This document shows, in pieces, positions 1 to 10,110 of a stretch of DNA of 64,000 bases (within the stretch, counting starts at the first letter, position 1; every line of letters starts with the position of its first letter). The position numbers were made by a program, and so were the translations under genes. This DNA comes from Vicugna vicugna (lineage: Eukaryota): positions 1,302,001 to 1,366,000 of the forward strand of contig MU058213.1 in NCBI GenBank assembly GCA_013265495.1. The letters are read 5' to 3'. Below the pieces are notes generated by a model. The model searched no databases, was not told the origin of the DNA, and was given only the letters and a program-made list of their open reading frames with translations.

Positions 1-19
1 CTTCAAGCCAATAACCACT

Positions 20-480
20 TATTAGACTCTGTTATCGACAATAGGAATTTAGATAAATAAGATGTGGTCCCTACCCTCCAGAGCGTACATTTTAGGGAGG
101 GACACATTCAATGGACTGTGATGTAGCTGGTTTGCGAGGACAGGAGGAAAGCTGCTCTGTTGAGCTAGGTCTTGCTGGCTGACAGGCTGGATTTCGACAG
201 GCAGCAGTGACTGGAGGGGAGGGAGGTCAATTGCAGGAAACTTTTAGGATAAAGGCCCCTGGCAGGAAGCATTTAAAGTGTGTTTAGTGAAAGGCATGTA
301 GTCTGGGAGGTGGGTGATGACCTGGGTGTGAGGAGAGCTTTGGGACAAGACGAGTTGCAGTGGAAACAGAGTGACTGGGGCTTTGAATACCATGCTGAAG
401 AATCTGGGCTGTGTTGTGTACGTGGTTTAGAGCCATTGAAAGTGGGCTGGGTCCTGGTGTGAGCTGAAGCTGTGTTCTCC
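20..480 (-). mobile_element. L2 LINE 3' fragment (degenerate)
   Basis: Resembles reverse-complement L2 3' end (ggtccctaccctccagag...tttagggagggacac); boundaries approximate. Confidence 0.5.
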
Positions 481-1236
481 CTAGCCTGTGGCATGTTTGG
501 AGCGCTGGGGTTGGGAATGGAGATGCAGCCATGGTTCACTTGCACCAGGAATCCAGGGTTCTAGATGTCAAGAGGCACATAGGTGCTACTTTTGGTGCTA
601 GCTCTGATGGGAGACCTTTCCTATAGCCCTGCAAGTGTGATTGGCACAGGGGACATTGGTAGCCCATAAATTTGGTTTTGGAGCACCTAGGAAATGCCTC
701 TGCAGATTCATGGGGTGATTTGGGAAGATGTTGGGGAGTCTGCAGGTCCTGCAGTGTAGGTGGGGGAAGAGCCAGAGAAATGTGTTAGTGTGAATGTCAG
801 TGTCTCCCTGGGAAGCTGTGGTTAAGAAAAGAGGGTGGTTTGGAGGGAAGTGAACTAGGGAAAAAAGAAGGGGCCTCATGATCAATACTTAATGGACCCA
901 CAGTGATGCAGACGTGGCTCTTCAACACATCCCATTTCGGGGGTTGGTGAACTTGTTTGGTCTCAGCACAAGGCTGATGCTAACAAGGTTCTTCTTTCTA
1001 TGGCTCCAAAGGTCAGGGGGCAAGGGGCCAAATACAGTGAGTTCTTTGCCACTTTTGACTTGAGCAGCAACACCCTAGGAGACAACATTGGTTTAGTAGC
1101 TTTTTAAAATATCTTTAAAAAAAGCCTAGGGATTAGCCATGTCACAGAAGGGACTAAGGAAGATTTGAAGGAAGAGCTGGCCTCTCTACTTTCCTCCTGA
1201 GTCTGCTAGACAAACTGGTCCTAGTAGCTCACTTAC

Positions 1237-1295
1237 CCACTTTTGACCTGGAAACGTGAAGCGTTAGCACAGGGGGAGCAGGGGACCCTTTGGTT
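1237..1295 (-). CDS. Candidate internal exon of the unidentified minus-strand gene (59 nt); may be 5'UTR
   Basis: Minus strand: ctctctctttattatgcag| acceptor and TGG|GTAAGT donor (1231-1236). Reads open (R-TKGSPAPPVLTLHVSRSKV) if spliced to the 5010-5053 exon. An internal ctaac...tttccag| acceptor would instead give an 11-nt microexon (1237-1247). Confidence 0.3.
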
Positions 1296-1604
1296 CTGCA
1301 TAATAAAGAGAGAGTGGTGGAGAATGGGTGTGAAAAGGCTGAGGGCTTATTTCCATTGAGGCAGAGTCACCTTTCACATTTCAACGCCTGATCTTGCATT
1401 CTCACAGCAGCACCCTCTCAGATACGCTCAACACATCCACTTAAGTAACTCGATTACTCTTGCAGGCACTTTTACATAATGCACCTCCCATCAGGTGGGG
1501 CGCTCAATCATTCAGCACAGGACCCAGAGTCTCTCCTCTAATATCACTTTACACAGAGCTAATGAACACGGGTTCCCAACAAGTGACTGCACCAGTCAAT
1601 AAAG

Positions 1605-1705
1605 GACGGCACAATCCTACCTGCCCGCGCTGCCGCCACTGCCTCTGGAGCCAATTAGCCCGCTCCTTCCCGGGTGCTGCGGGAATACATTTCCCAAAGT
1701 GGTTC
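1605..1705 (-). promoter_or_regulatory. Small CpG-rich promoter-like element with candidate alternative first exon ending at 1621
   Basis: Local CpG cluster, CCAAT at 1651-1655, tacatttcccaaag (ZNF143-like), minus-strand CAG|GTAGGA donor at 1615-1620. Confidence 0.45.
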
Positions 1706-2324
1706 TCCTGCTCACCCTGGGGTTATCTTTCTCTCATTCTCCTTTTTTTTCACAGAGGGCATGCAAAACAGAGAGGCTCTGGCAGTTCCACTGACAGGCT
1801 AGACAGGTTAGTGCTGGGAGCTGGGGACATGATTTAAATTCACTATCCAACTCCATTGCCTTGATCCAAGCAAAGGGGTGTGTGGGAGATGTGAGGAACC
1901 CCCACCATTCCTGACGCTCTGAAAAGCAACGAAGCTGCGGAGAGAACAGGCTGGTGTGTATATCAGCCCCTCTCCTCTTTGAGTCTCACGGTTTGAACAG
2001 CTATCTGACAGGTACAGATTCAGAAGACTTAAAAGTGCATGTCTCCAGTTTGCACATCTCCTTTCTCCTGCTCACCTCTGCCATGAAGTCACAGTTAGGT
2101 GTGAAGGAATGGTCCCTGTGCTGGGCATCAGGATGCATCAACAATCTCTGATTGGGTGGCTTCAGGCAGGAAAACTCACCATCTGAGTTTGCTTTCCTGT
2201 GGAATTTCATGCCCTGCCTCTCTCACCAAATGATCAAACGTCTGTGAAAATACTTTGTGAAAGTAAAGCTCTGCACACGTAAGTGTTGAGCAGTAATGTG
2301 GGAAAGTGGAAACAGCAATGGCTA

Positions 2325-2530
2325 GATGCCAGTAAGTCAGAGTCCTAAATTATTTTCTACTCAGCTCTGCCACTTACTAGCTCAGGGGCCTTGGACACGT
2401 CACCTCACCTACATCAGACTGTTTTCTCATCGGGAAATTGGGGAAGATAAAGCCTACTTCATAAAATTGTTTGAAAATTAAGAGTATGTGAATAGTTAGA
2501 GAACTGTGGAGTATGATACACATATAAGGA
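2325..2530 (+). mobile_element. MIR SINE
   Basis: Core cagctctgccacttactagct...ttttctcatcgggaaattgggg. Confidence 0.75.
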
Positions 2531-3349
2531 ATTATTTGTTATTGCCTGTGTTAATTTAATTCTGGCCTTAATCCAACTCTCCCTGGCCTGTGGGTATTTC
2601 ATTTGCATTTTATTATTTTCCACCAGTTTTTGTGGTACTTTTTCTTTAGTTTGAAAAAAGCCTCCCCTCTGTTTTAGGTCTTGTCAATGAGACAATAAGC
2701 TTCTCAGGCAGAGCCTGCATGGTCAGGTCTCTAGTGGGTTCTTCAGGAGCAGCTATCATCCCGTTGAAGGATCTGTATACACCCAGGGCATAATGAATGC
2801 TGCAGATCCACTGCAGTCACTGAATCACTCAGATTTATGTTCTGAAATGTTATGTCATTTCTAAGAAAGATGCCAGTGGTCTGACTCAAGGAAAGAAAGA
2901 AAAAAGTGAGCCTAGAGAATTACTCTTTAAGTATCTCTTCTTTCTTTGGTGTTCTTTTTCTTTGATTTGATGTATGAGTCTCATTCTCTAAGCCAATTGT
3001 GGAAGTCAGTTTCTCTTCACAAGTTCTCTCCCAGTGAGGGAGGAAAGTCTCTAATGATTGGGCCTTGTTGTAACTAGTGGAATGAGACTGGTAGAGACAC
3101 CTCTCAGGTAAAAGTTATAATCTCTGTTCTAGTCTAACATAATATCTTAAACTGAAAGATGCAATAGGATTAAAATACCTTTATTTCTCGAGATTGGAAA
3201 TATCAATACTTTTGAAACTTTAAGGCTGCAGATCCATTGCATTTATATATAGTTTTGAGCTGGATCAATTTCTATAGGCACTAGCCATGGTAAGTCTTTG
3301 TATTTTGTGCCTTGTGTGAGATTGCTTATGGCAACTCCCCACTTCAATC

Positions 3350-3440
3350 TATTAATTGCTTATTGAGTTCCTATGAGGTGCAAAGCACTGTGCTGAGTTT
3401 TGTGGGAGCCTTAAAGAAGGGTCAGATATGGGTGCTGCAT
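3350..3440 (-). mobile_element. L2 3' end fragment
   Basis: ttattgagttcctatgaggtgcaaagcactgtgctgag. Confidence 0.55.
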
Positions 3441-3874
3441 CCACATTAACTCCTGCCACACAGGGTCTGCATCACAGTGGGGTAGGGGAGCTGGAGGTAT
3501 GTTCCTTTGCAATTATTAATAAATGCTTTCTTTGAGTATGCAGAGGCCTAGAATCAAACCCTGTAACTTCATGTCTCCATGCTTCATTTCCTAGAGTCCA
3601 AGTCTTAATACAGAGAGTAACGCTTCTCTTCTTGTTTCCTCCACAATGACACTGGCCATAATAATATTTGGCAAGTTTCTGACTTGTCAAGGAGATTTCT
3701 ACAATGACTAACAGCATCACTGACGTTGAAAAATCATGCATTAGAAAGATAACAGCAGCAAAATTAGATGGGGAAGGTTAGGATTGGGAAGGGAGCAAAT
3801 GTGGTAGGATCAAAGTAAAATTGTTTCTGGTTTAAGATAATTTATGTAGTCCGGATCATTTTAAGAAATTTCCC

Positions 3875-3968
3875 GGGTGGTGGGGATATAGCTCAGTGGT
3901 AGAGCACATGCGTTCAGTGCACGAGGTCCTGGGTTCAATCCCCACTACCTTCATTAAAAAAAAATAAA
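3875..3968 (+). mobile_element. tRNA-derived SINE, Vic-1-like (camelid), with poly(A) and 12-bp TSD
   Basis: A box tagctcagtggtagagc, B box gggttcaatccc, A-rich tail; TSD aagaaatttccc at 3863-3874 and 3969-3980; tt/aaga L1 endonuclease-type site. Confidence 0.9.
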
Positions 3969-4162
3969 AAGAAATTTCCCAAGTTTTTTCCTTCTGCCCT
4001 CCTCCATCTCTAATCTATGTCATCAAGGCACTGGGTAGAGGCCTGTGAAAGCCCTCGGATTCACTGCTGTTCGCTGTCAGATTGAGATTCCAATGATAAA
4101 CAGATTCAAGTCTAAAGTTATTTCAAATGTTCCCGGAAAATTGTAGTTTCTTTAATTATGAA

Positions 4163-4447
4163 AGGTCAGGGTCACGTCCTCCAGGAATACTGTCCCGCTA
4201 GCTCTGCAGAATTTTGTCGCTGCCAGTAGAGCCGCTCCTCTTGCTGCTGCACATCTGGAACCTTCACCCCACCCAGGCAGAATTCTGGGAGCCGGGACCC
4301 CCCCAGGTGCCTGACCGCAGGACGACTGCAGCCTCTCACAGACGGAGGGCCACTCCCAGGGGCCATCCTCTGATTCTGAGCTCTTTCAATACCCAACTTC
4401 CACCCACACACACCACAAGAGAGCTCAAGGGCAGAGCTCTGAGGTAA
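4163..4447 (+). repeat. Left arm of inverted duplication of the promoter/exon-1 module (partner 5006-5287), containing an inverted patch of 6292-6352
   Basis: 4163-4265 vs revcomp of ~5186-5287: 5 substitutions + 1 indel by manual alignment; 4323-4342 = revcomp 5107-5126 (20/20); 4411-4447 vs revcomp 5006-5042 (27/37); 4349-4408 near-identical to revcomp 6292-6352. Confidence 0.9.
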
Positions 4448-4603
4448 CACGAGCAGGCCCCAAAGTTATGAGCATGCGCAGTGCCTCTGGGCAGTCCCGT
4501 GGGCGCTCTCGCAGGGAGGTCTGAGGTAACAGGCGCACAGACCCTTTGTTATGAGCATGCGCAGTGCCTCTGGGCGTTCCTGTGGGAACTCACGCAGGGT
4601 GAG
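4438..4603 (+). repeat. Tandem duplication (~82-83 bp x2), each unit with GAG|GTAACA and an NRF1-like agcatgcgca
   Basis: tctgaggtaaca at 4438 and 4520; gttatgagcatgcgcagtgcctctgggc identical in both units. Confidence 0.9.
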
Positions 4604-5005
4604 GCAGCACGCTCCTACAGAGATCTTGAAGGGACGAGACAGGAGAGTGCTACCGAAAAGGCTGTGACCTAGGAGGCGTCTTAGGGCCATTGGGCTGCAC
4701 CAGTTCCCGAATCCGGGGTGGAGGGCTCGTCAGAAAGCCTGTGGGTAAGAGCGGTAGCCCGCCACTGAGGACTGGACCGCAGCCCCACCCCCGGTCACTC
4801 AGCCGGGAGGAGCAACCACGGAGAGGTCTTAAGCGGGCCTTCCACAGCCTCGTAAACAGAAACTGGAAATAAAGTTGACAGAAAATATAGAAAGAAAGGA
4901 AAGAAACAGAGCAAGGCCCAGACAGTGGGAGTTTGAGAAGGGAAAGTCTGAGTGAGGAAGACCTTCCGAGGGGCTAGCCGGAACTGGAAGCGGCTGCCGC
5001 GCCAC

Positions 5006-5287
5006 TTACCTCAGACCCGCGGCCGCCAGCTCCCGTGTGGTGAGTGCCGCCATGTCCACGCGCAGAGGAGGGTCTGTGTTTTGTAGGCGGGTTAACCTGG
5101 GGCACCTCTGTGAGAGGCTGCAGTCGCCCAGGGATCAGCTTCCAGGAACGTCCTGACTCCCGAATCCTGCCTGGATGCGGGTGGAGAAGGTTCCAGATGT
5201 GCAGCAGCAAGAGGAGCGGCGCTAGTGGCAGCGCAAAATTCTGCAGAGCTGGTGGGACGGTATTCCTGGAGGACGTGACCCTGACCT
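5006..5287 (-). repeat. Right arm of the inverted duplication (promoter + exon 1 + donor)
   Basis: Reverse complement aligns to 4163-4447 except across 5043-5106. Confidence 0.9.
5010..5053 (-). CDS. Candidate first coding exon, MAALTTRELAAAGL(R/S), gene unidentified
   Basis: ggacATGG (G at -3 and +4) in CpG island, 14 codons + 2 nt, then perfect GAG|GTAAGT donor; Ala/Leu/Arg-rich N-terminus; could be a uORF or non-coding. Confidence 0.45.
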
Positions 5288-8200
5288 CAGCCGGCTTTTC
5301 ACTGGCACTAGTGGCACGAGCTGGCAGCAGAAGCTTCTCCCAGGTTATTCAGATTGATGACGTAGATGCCGTCCTTTAACTTTAGTGGATGAACTGTACC
5401 ACTTGGAGGTCAGTGACCTGAGTTGGTTTCTGCTGCAAAGAATTTCAGGACTCCTCCTCCTTCATCTGCAGGACATCGAGGGCTCTGCACATTGTGAGAG
5501 TTTCCGTTTAAGTTATAGCAGGAATCTAGAGCCATGCTCTGTGGACCCCTCTATGGGTAGCGCAGAAAGGCCTTGCTCTATTTTTTATAAACATCTCAGC
5601 TTTCACGTGACAACTCTCTACCTGATTGAGGACTTAGACTGTACTTACTCTTGTCTTCTTTGGCCAAAGACCTGAAACCACGCATTGTGGTGCTGTTAAC
5701 TCCTCACGGCCTCAGCTGCTTCCTGTTGAGTCTGCGCCACTGGTCAGTACCCCTCATCAAGTGTGGCTGCCACAGCTGGAGACGATATTCCAGGTGGGTG
5801 ACCAGCGTGGAGCAGGGACTTTCGCTGACTTTGTTCTGTACATTATATCCAGGTATATAGCCCAATATCCCTTACAGGATCTTTGTGAAACTTTTATAAA
5901 GACATCTATGAAAGGGAGATAGTTTCAGAAAGCAGAAATCAGAGACGTAGGACCCTTAGAATGTTAGCATGCACATCCTTCAGCTGGAGAAATTTTCATA
6001 AGAAGAAAACCCCTTAGGAACACTATAATTGTGAATTTGTATCTCCAAAAACGTTTAGATTGGAAAGTCATCCTGAGGAGTTTCTTTTAAAATGTTTAGT
6101 TACCCCAGGCATTCCTTGTCTATCCAGAATTCCTTTGACTAACCTATGTATTTCCCTCTTAGAAATTTCCCCAACTTTTCTACCATGGGAAGTCTGGGTT
6201 ATGGTATTGTAATAGTTTCAGATTCGTCGGCTCTGTGGCATTGGGTGAAATTCTCCTGGAATGTGCAGCTCTCTTCTATGAAGGGGAAAAATGTGGGTGG
6301 AAGTTGTAGTATTGAAAGAGCTCAAAATCAGAGGATGGCCTCTGGGAGTGGCTTCAAGAAGCCATAGAATGACTGAGGCTCAAATAAGATAATGGGAGTA
6401 AAAGCCACAGACAAGCATGACATTCCATGAAAATATGAGGAGCACAGTATTGAGAGCAGGCTCTTGTCCAAAGTAGTAGGGCAGGTACTAAGAAGCATTG
6501 CAGTCTGCTCTGGTTCTTGTAATATAGAGCTCCTACCGTGTTTCCTCTTTGCCCTACTCTAATCCTAATTGCTGCCTTGGACAGGTTGCTTAAACTTTGA
6601 GCCAAGTTTTTCTTGTTGCTACAGAGATTATTTTACTACCAGTGACTGTAACTCTTTCTCCATGTTTCTTCCAACCCCTCCCCTACTCTCATAGACAGTT
6701 CTGGAAGTGTGTATCCTAAGAGCTGGTAATCTCTATCACCTTCCTGTGGCCTCCATGATGTGAAGACAGGGACATGGTGTGAAGACTGGCAGTCTGTCCT
6801 GGGCAGAGTGGAGGAATGACTATCTATGATTAGACTGACCAAATTCCTTGATTCAATGTCAGGCTCCCCTTAGGTAGGATGGAACTGCCAGGGCCTCCCT
6901 GGCTTGCACCCCATGACTTCTCACCCTGCTGGCAGTGGCATGAGGTAGGGGAGGGATGTAGGGTACAGACACTGTTTCTCTTTTCCCTGGAGGAAGGGGT
7001 AACCAAGGAAGCTTGAAGTGTCCTTGGATACATTGCCAAAGACTGCCTTTCCTGTAAGAAGAGGGCCAGGAGAAGGAAGCTGGACTCATTAGGTAACACC
7101 TTGAGGTCAGAGCAACCCACCATGTCCTCCTTCCTGAGTGAATGTGGTACTTTCCCTGGGACTTATTTGGGGGAGTACTTCCGTGATGCCAGTGTACTCA
7201 GTAGCTTCTAATTCAGCCAAGCCAAACCTTCAACAGAAATCATCCTTGTCCCAGATGTTTGATTTTAACCCAACAAAGTCATCAGCTTCTTACCTGAAAT
7301 TAAGCAAGAAAAGTTTTAGAGGAGCCCTGTGAAATGAATTCCTTTTTCCTCTGTTTACTTCCCCTACTCCTCTGCAATCCCCATTGTTCAGCAAGGGATT
7401 GCAGCACAAACCAGGCAACCTCTCTTTCACTCAACAAAGAAATTTAGCAATCTCTGAGGCTGTGTCACCTTGCCAGCAGAAACACTGAATGGCAATAGCG
7501 CTAAGAGTCAACACTAATAGCCGACACCAAATTAAACTGCCAGACTTGATGTGATGTAGCTCTGTCACCTCTTGACACTTCTGATGTGAGTACAGGGGCT
7601 TCTGCAGGAAATTCATCAGCTGTAGTTCATGACGCATCATCTTTACATATCTGTCCATCTACATTTGTCAGCAACAGGCAAGCCTCAAATGACTTCAGTG
7701 ATTGGTATATAGATTGCACTACCTCCAGACATAGTAAACAGGGTTTTAACCCTTGGGGCTCCTTTAGCTCTGCCTTCCCTGCTGACAAGGCCTGCTTACT
7801 GGTGTTGCCATTCTTGTGTTTCAGGTGGTGATTGACAAAGGCTGATTAAGAAGGTCTCCTTTCTTTTTTCCTACTAACCAGTATCTCACATTCATTCCCT
7901 CTTTCCAAGTTAGCTATTCTGTGGACACACATTTTCTCAGATGTGTATTTCTAAAATGTCACCTAAAAATGTGTATTTGCTCATTAATGGCTCCATTTAC
8001 CATTGCCCTAATGGGGAAAATTAGAAGTTTAGTTCAAGGTCATCTTGCTAATCAAACCTGGTTGCTTCCCAGTGGAGAATGTCTTTGATTTTTCCATGCC
8101 TTCCAGGCAGATCATTTTAGTATAGTGATAGCTGTTAATGTGCCAAGATCAGGAGTTTGCTGATTTAAAAACTATTTTTAGGTCCTTAAAATTGTCACTG

Positions 8201-8974
8201 GTCATTACCAGCTTAGATATTTACTTCACACATTTGTTGACCTCCTCAAGTTCTTACACACTCTGAGGAGTAAGTTAAGTTGCCTTTTGGGGGTGCAAAT
8301 TGTTTTTTTTTTCCCTCGCATGTTTTCCTAATACGATTCTGGAAAGAATAGTCTCAAATATATAAATAGCAGTGAGGACATGGGAGTCTCTCTCCAACTT
8401 TGGTATCATAGTACAAACTCTACCTAAAATTTTTTTGAGGGGGTTTCATTGCAATGATATCACTTTCCATATGCGTTTCTCTAAATGAAGACTATACTTG
8501 TTCACAAACCGCATGTGTGTGTTTATTTTTTGCTTTTGTTTTAAGGAGATGGAGCTTTTCAATGGTAAGGATGATGCACTCTTGTTTTTTATTCTTTGAT
8601 AATGGAGCACTTGCTGTCATTGCCATAGTGACTGGGGAATGGTGTCCAATAGTGGCTCATGAGGGCCATTCTCAGGCTGAGGGTAGTGCTGCCCCTCGGG
8701 TTTTAAGATTCATCTGGTATTGCTCTTACTTGGGGCACCTAGTCACTTGCTTGGATTTTGGGCCACTGATGGGGTTCACCGTGTGTTTGAAGACACCCCG
8801 GTGAGGACATCTCTGGTGGCTGTGGTCAGTTGTGAGGCCTTCTTGAGGTTGGTAGGGGTCTGAGTGTAGCAGAGGGTAGGTCCAATGCACTAACTGAAGG
8901 CAGCAATCCATCCAGAATGGACCTTTTAAGGCAGGTGAAATGCCAGTTTAAATTTCTTGAAACAATCTGAATTT

Positions 8975-9112
8975 AGCTTTAAAGTAATCTGGAGGTGGGT
9001 GAGTAGAGGTGGTGAGTAGTGTTGAAGCTGGTTGATGAATACATGGGGTTCATTAAATTATTTTCTCTGTTTTTGTGTATGTTTGAAGATCTCTATAATA
9101 CAAGTTAAAAAT
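8975..9112 (+). mobile_element. Old L1M 3' end fragment
   Basis: gttgaagctggttgatgaatacatggggttcatt...ttttgtgtatgtttgaa. Confidence 0.7.
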
Positions 9113-9161
9113 GATTTCAGTTTCTTGAAATGTTGGATTATGACTGAATTTTTTTTTTTTT

Positions 9162-9521
9162 AATGGGAATAGGAAGGAGTTTATTACGATACGCTGTCAT
9201 AGACAACAGCGGGCCACACAGATGAGAGGTGCCTGTGTAAGTGCTGGGATGGAAGTACAGGATCTTTTACTGGGGGGAGGAGTTGGTGATCACAATGGGT
9301 TGGGGGCTATGTGATTAGCTTATGCACAAATCCTGATTGGTTATAGGTAAGGTAAGAAGTTTAGGGTCCCAGAAGGGGTGGCGGGGTTTGACTCTGATAA
9401 AGTAAGCATTACCTGTGGCTATTAGTTTGTTAGGGGAAACACACCCAGTAAAGAATGTCAGACATCTGAGAGCCCAGGAATGGGGGTCGTTGGACTTTGA
9501 AGGATGTCAGTTGTCCCAACA
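9162..9521 (-). mobile_element. ERV1-type 3' LTR, U3+R only (no U5)
   Basis: Begins TG at 9521 after short purine tract agggcagaa; CCAAT (9336-9340), GTAAAA TATA-like (9265-9270), AATAAA, then poly(A). Confidence 0.7.
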
Positions 9522-9699
9522 TTCTGCCCTGACAGATTGGCAGTGACAAATCTTTGCAACAGGGGCAGAGGTCTCTTCTTCTGTATCTACTTCCTGCTGA
9601 ACTGTGGGCATCGTGCTGTCCCTGCCTATCGTGCCAATCTGTCTGGGCTTTTGGGGCCCCAACATCCCTGCAGCCTTAAAGGTAAGAGTGGAAGGAAAC

Positions 9700-10110
9700 C
9701 CCAGCGTCATCCAAGGGCTGCATCACCAGAATGTTGGCTTGGTTCATGGTGGCAATCTTGTTAGGATGAGTGTATTTGTTCCTAAGTTCTTGGAACTCAA
9801 AGAGAGACAATCATTTTTGTAAGAGAGGAATACAACATAAAAGTAGGCAGAACCCAGTAAAAACAGAGAAGAAATTTGAGAATGTCTGAAAGGAAAGAAC
9901 TTATCCCTTCAGGTATCTAGGAAAAGGCATTGGAGAACCAGTCAGAGACCTGTTTAGTGACGAATTTGCTGTAAGCATTAACATACCTGACATATTGGGG
10001 GTATAAGTACAACACTCAGTACGTATAACTGGTATAACTGCTAATGAGCACCCTCGGGTGGGATGTTAAGAGCCATGTGGTTTTGTCAGATAGCTCTCCT
10101 TAATGGCCAA
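9700..10110 (-). pseudogene. Decayed retroviral env transmembrane subunit
   Basis: Manual translation: *QNHMALNI (immunosuppressive domain, cf. LQNRxxLD), VIRTECCTYTP (CC motif), KQVSDWFSNAFS*IPEGISSFLSDILKFLLCF (membrane-proximal/TM); stops and frameshifts. Confidence 0.8.

Larger units (their letters stand above)
4430..5330. promoter_or_regulatory. CpG-island promoter
   Basis: Visibly high GC/CpG; NRF1-like motifs (4471-4480, 4554-4563), ETS-like ccggaa (4978-4983), YY1-like gccgccat (5046-5053), splice donors on both strands (5004-5009 minus, 5040-5045 plus). Confidence 0.8.

Noticed and set aside
3875..3955. Functional tRNA gene
   Set aside because: A-tail, 12-bp TSD and disrupted acceptor and anticodon stems indicate a retroposed SINE
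4343..4349. Back-splice (circRNA retrocopy) junction joining 6352 to 5107
   Set aside because: No GT after 6352 or AG before 5107; the patch is better explained as a templated replacement within the inverted arm
4438..4603. CRISPR-like repeat-spacer array
   Set aside because: Only two units, the 'spacers' are homologous to each other, mammalian context, no cas genes
4163..5287. DNA transposon with terminal inverted repeats
   Set aside because: No TSD outside the arms, no transposase, and the arms correspond to promoter/exon sequence
7431..7831. Coding exon or C/D snoRNA in unique sequence
   Set aside because: No recognisable protein similarity, no convincing splice pair, box C imperfect and spacing too short
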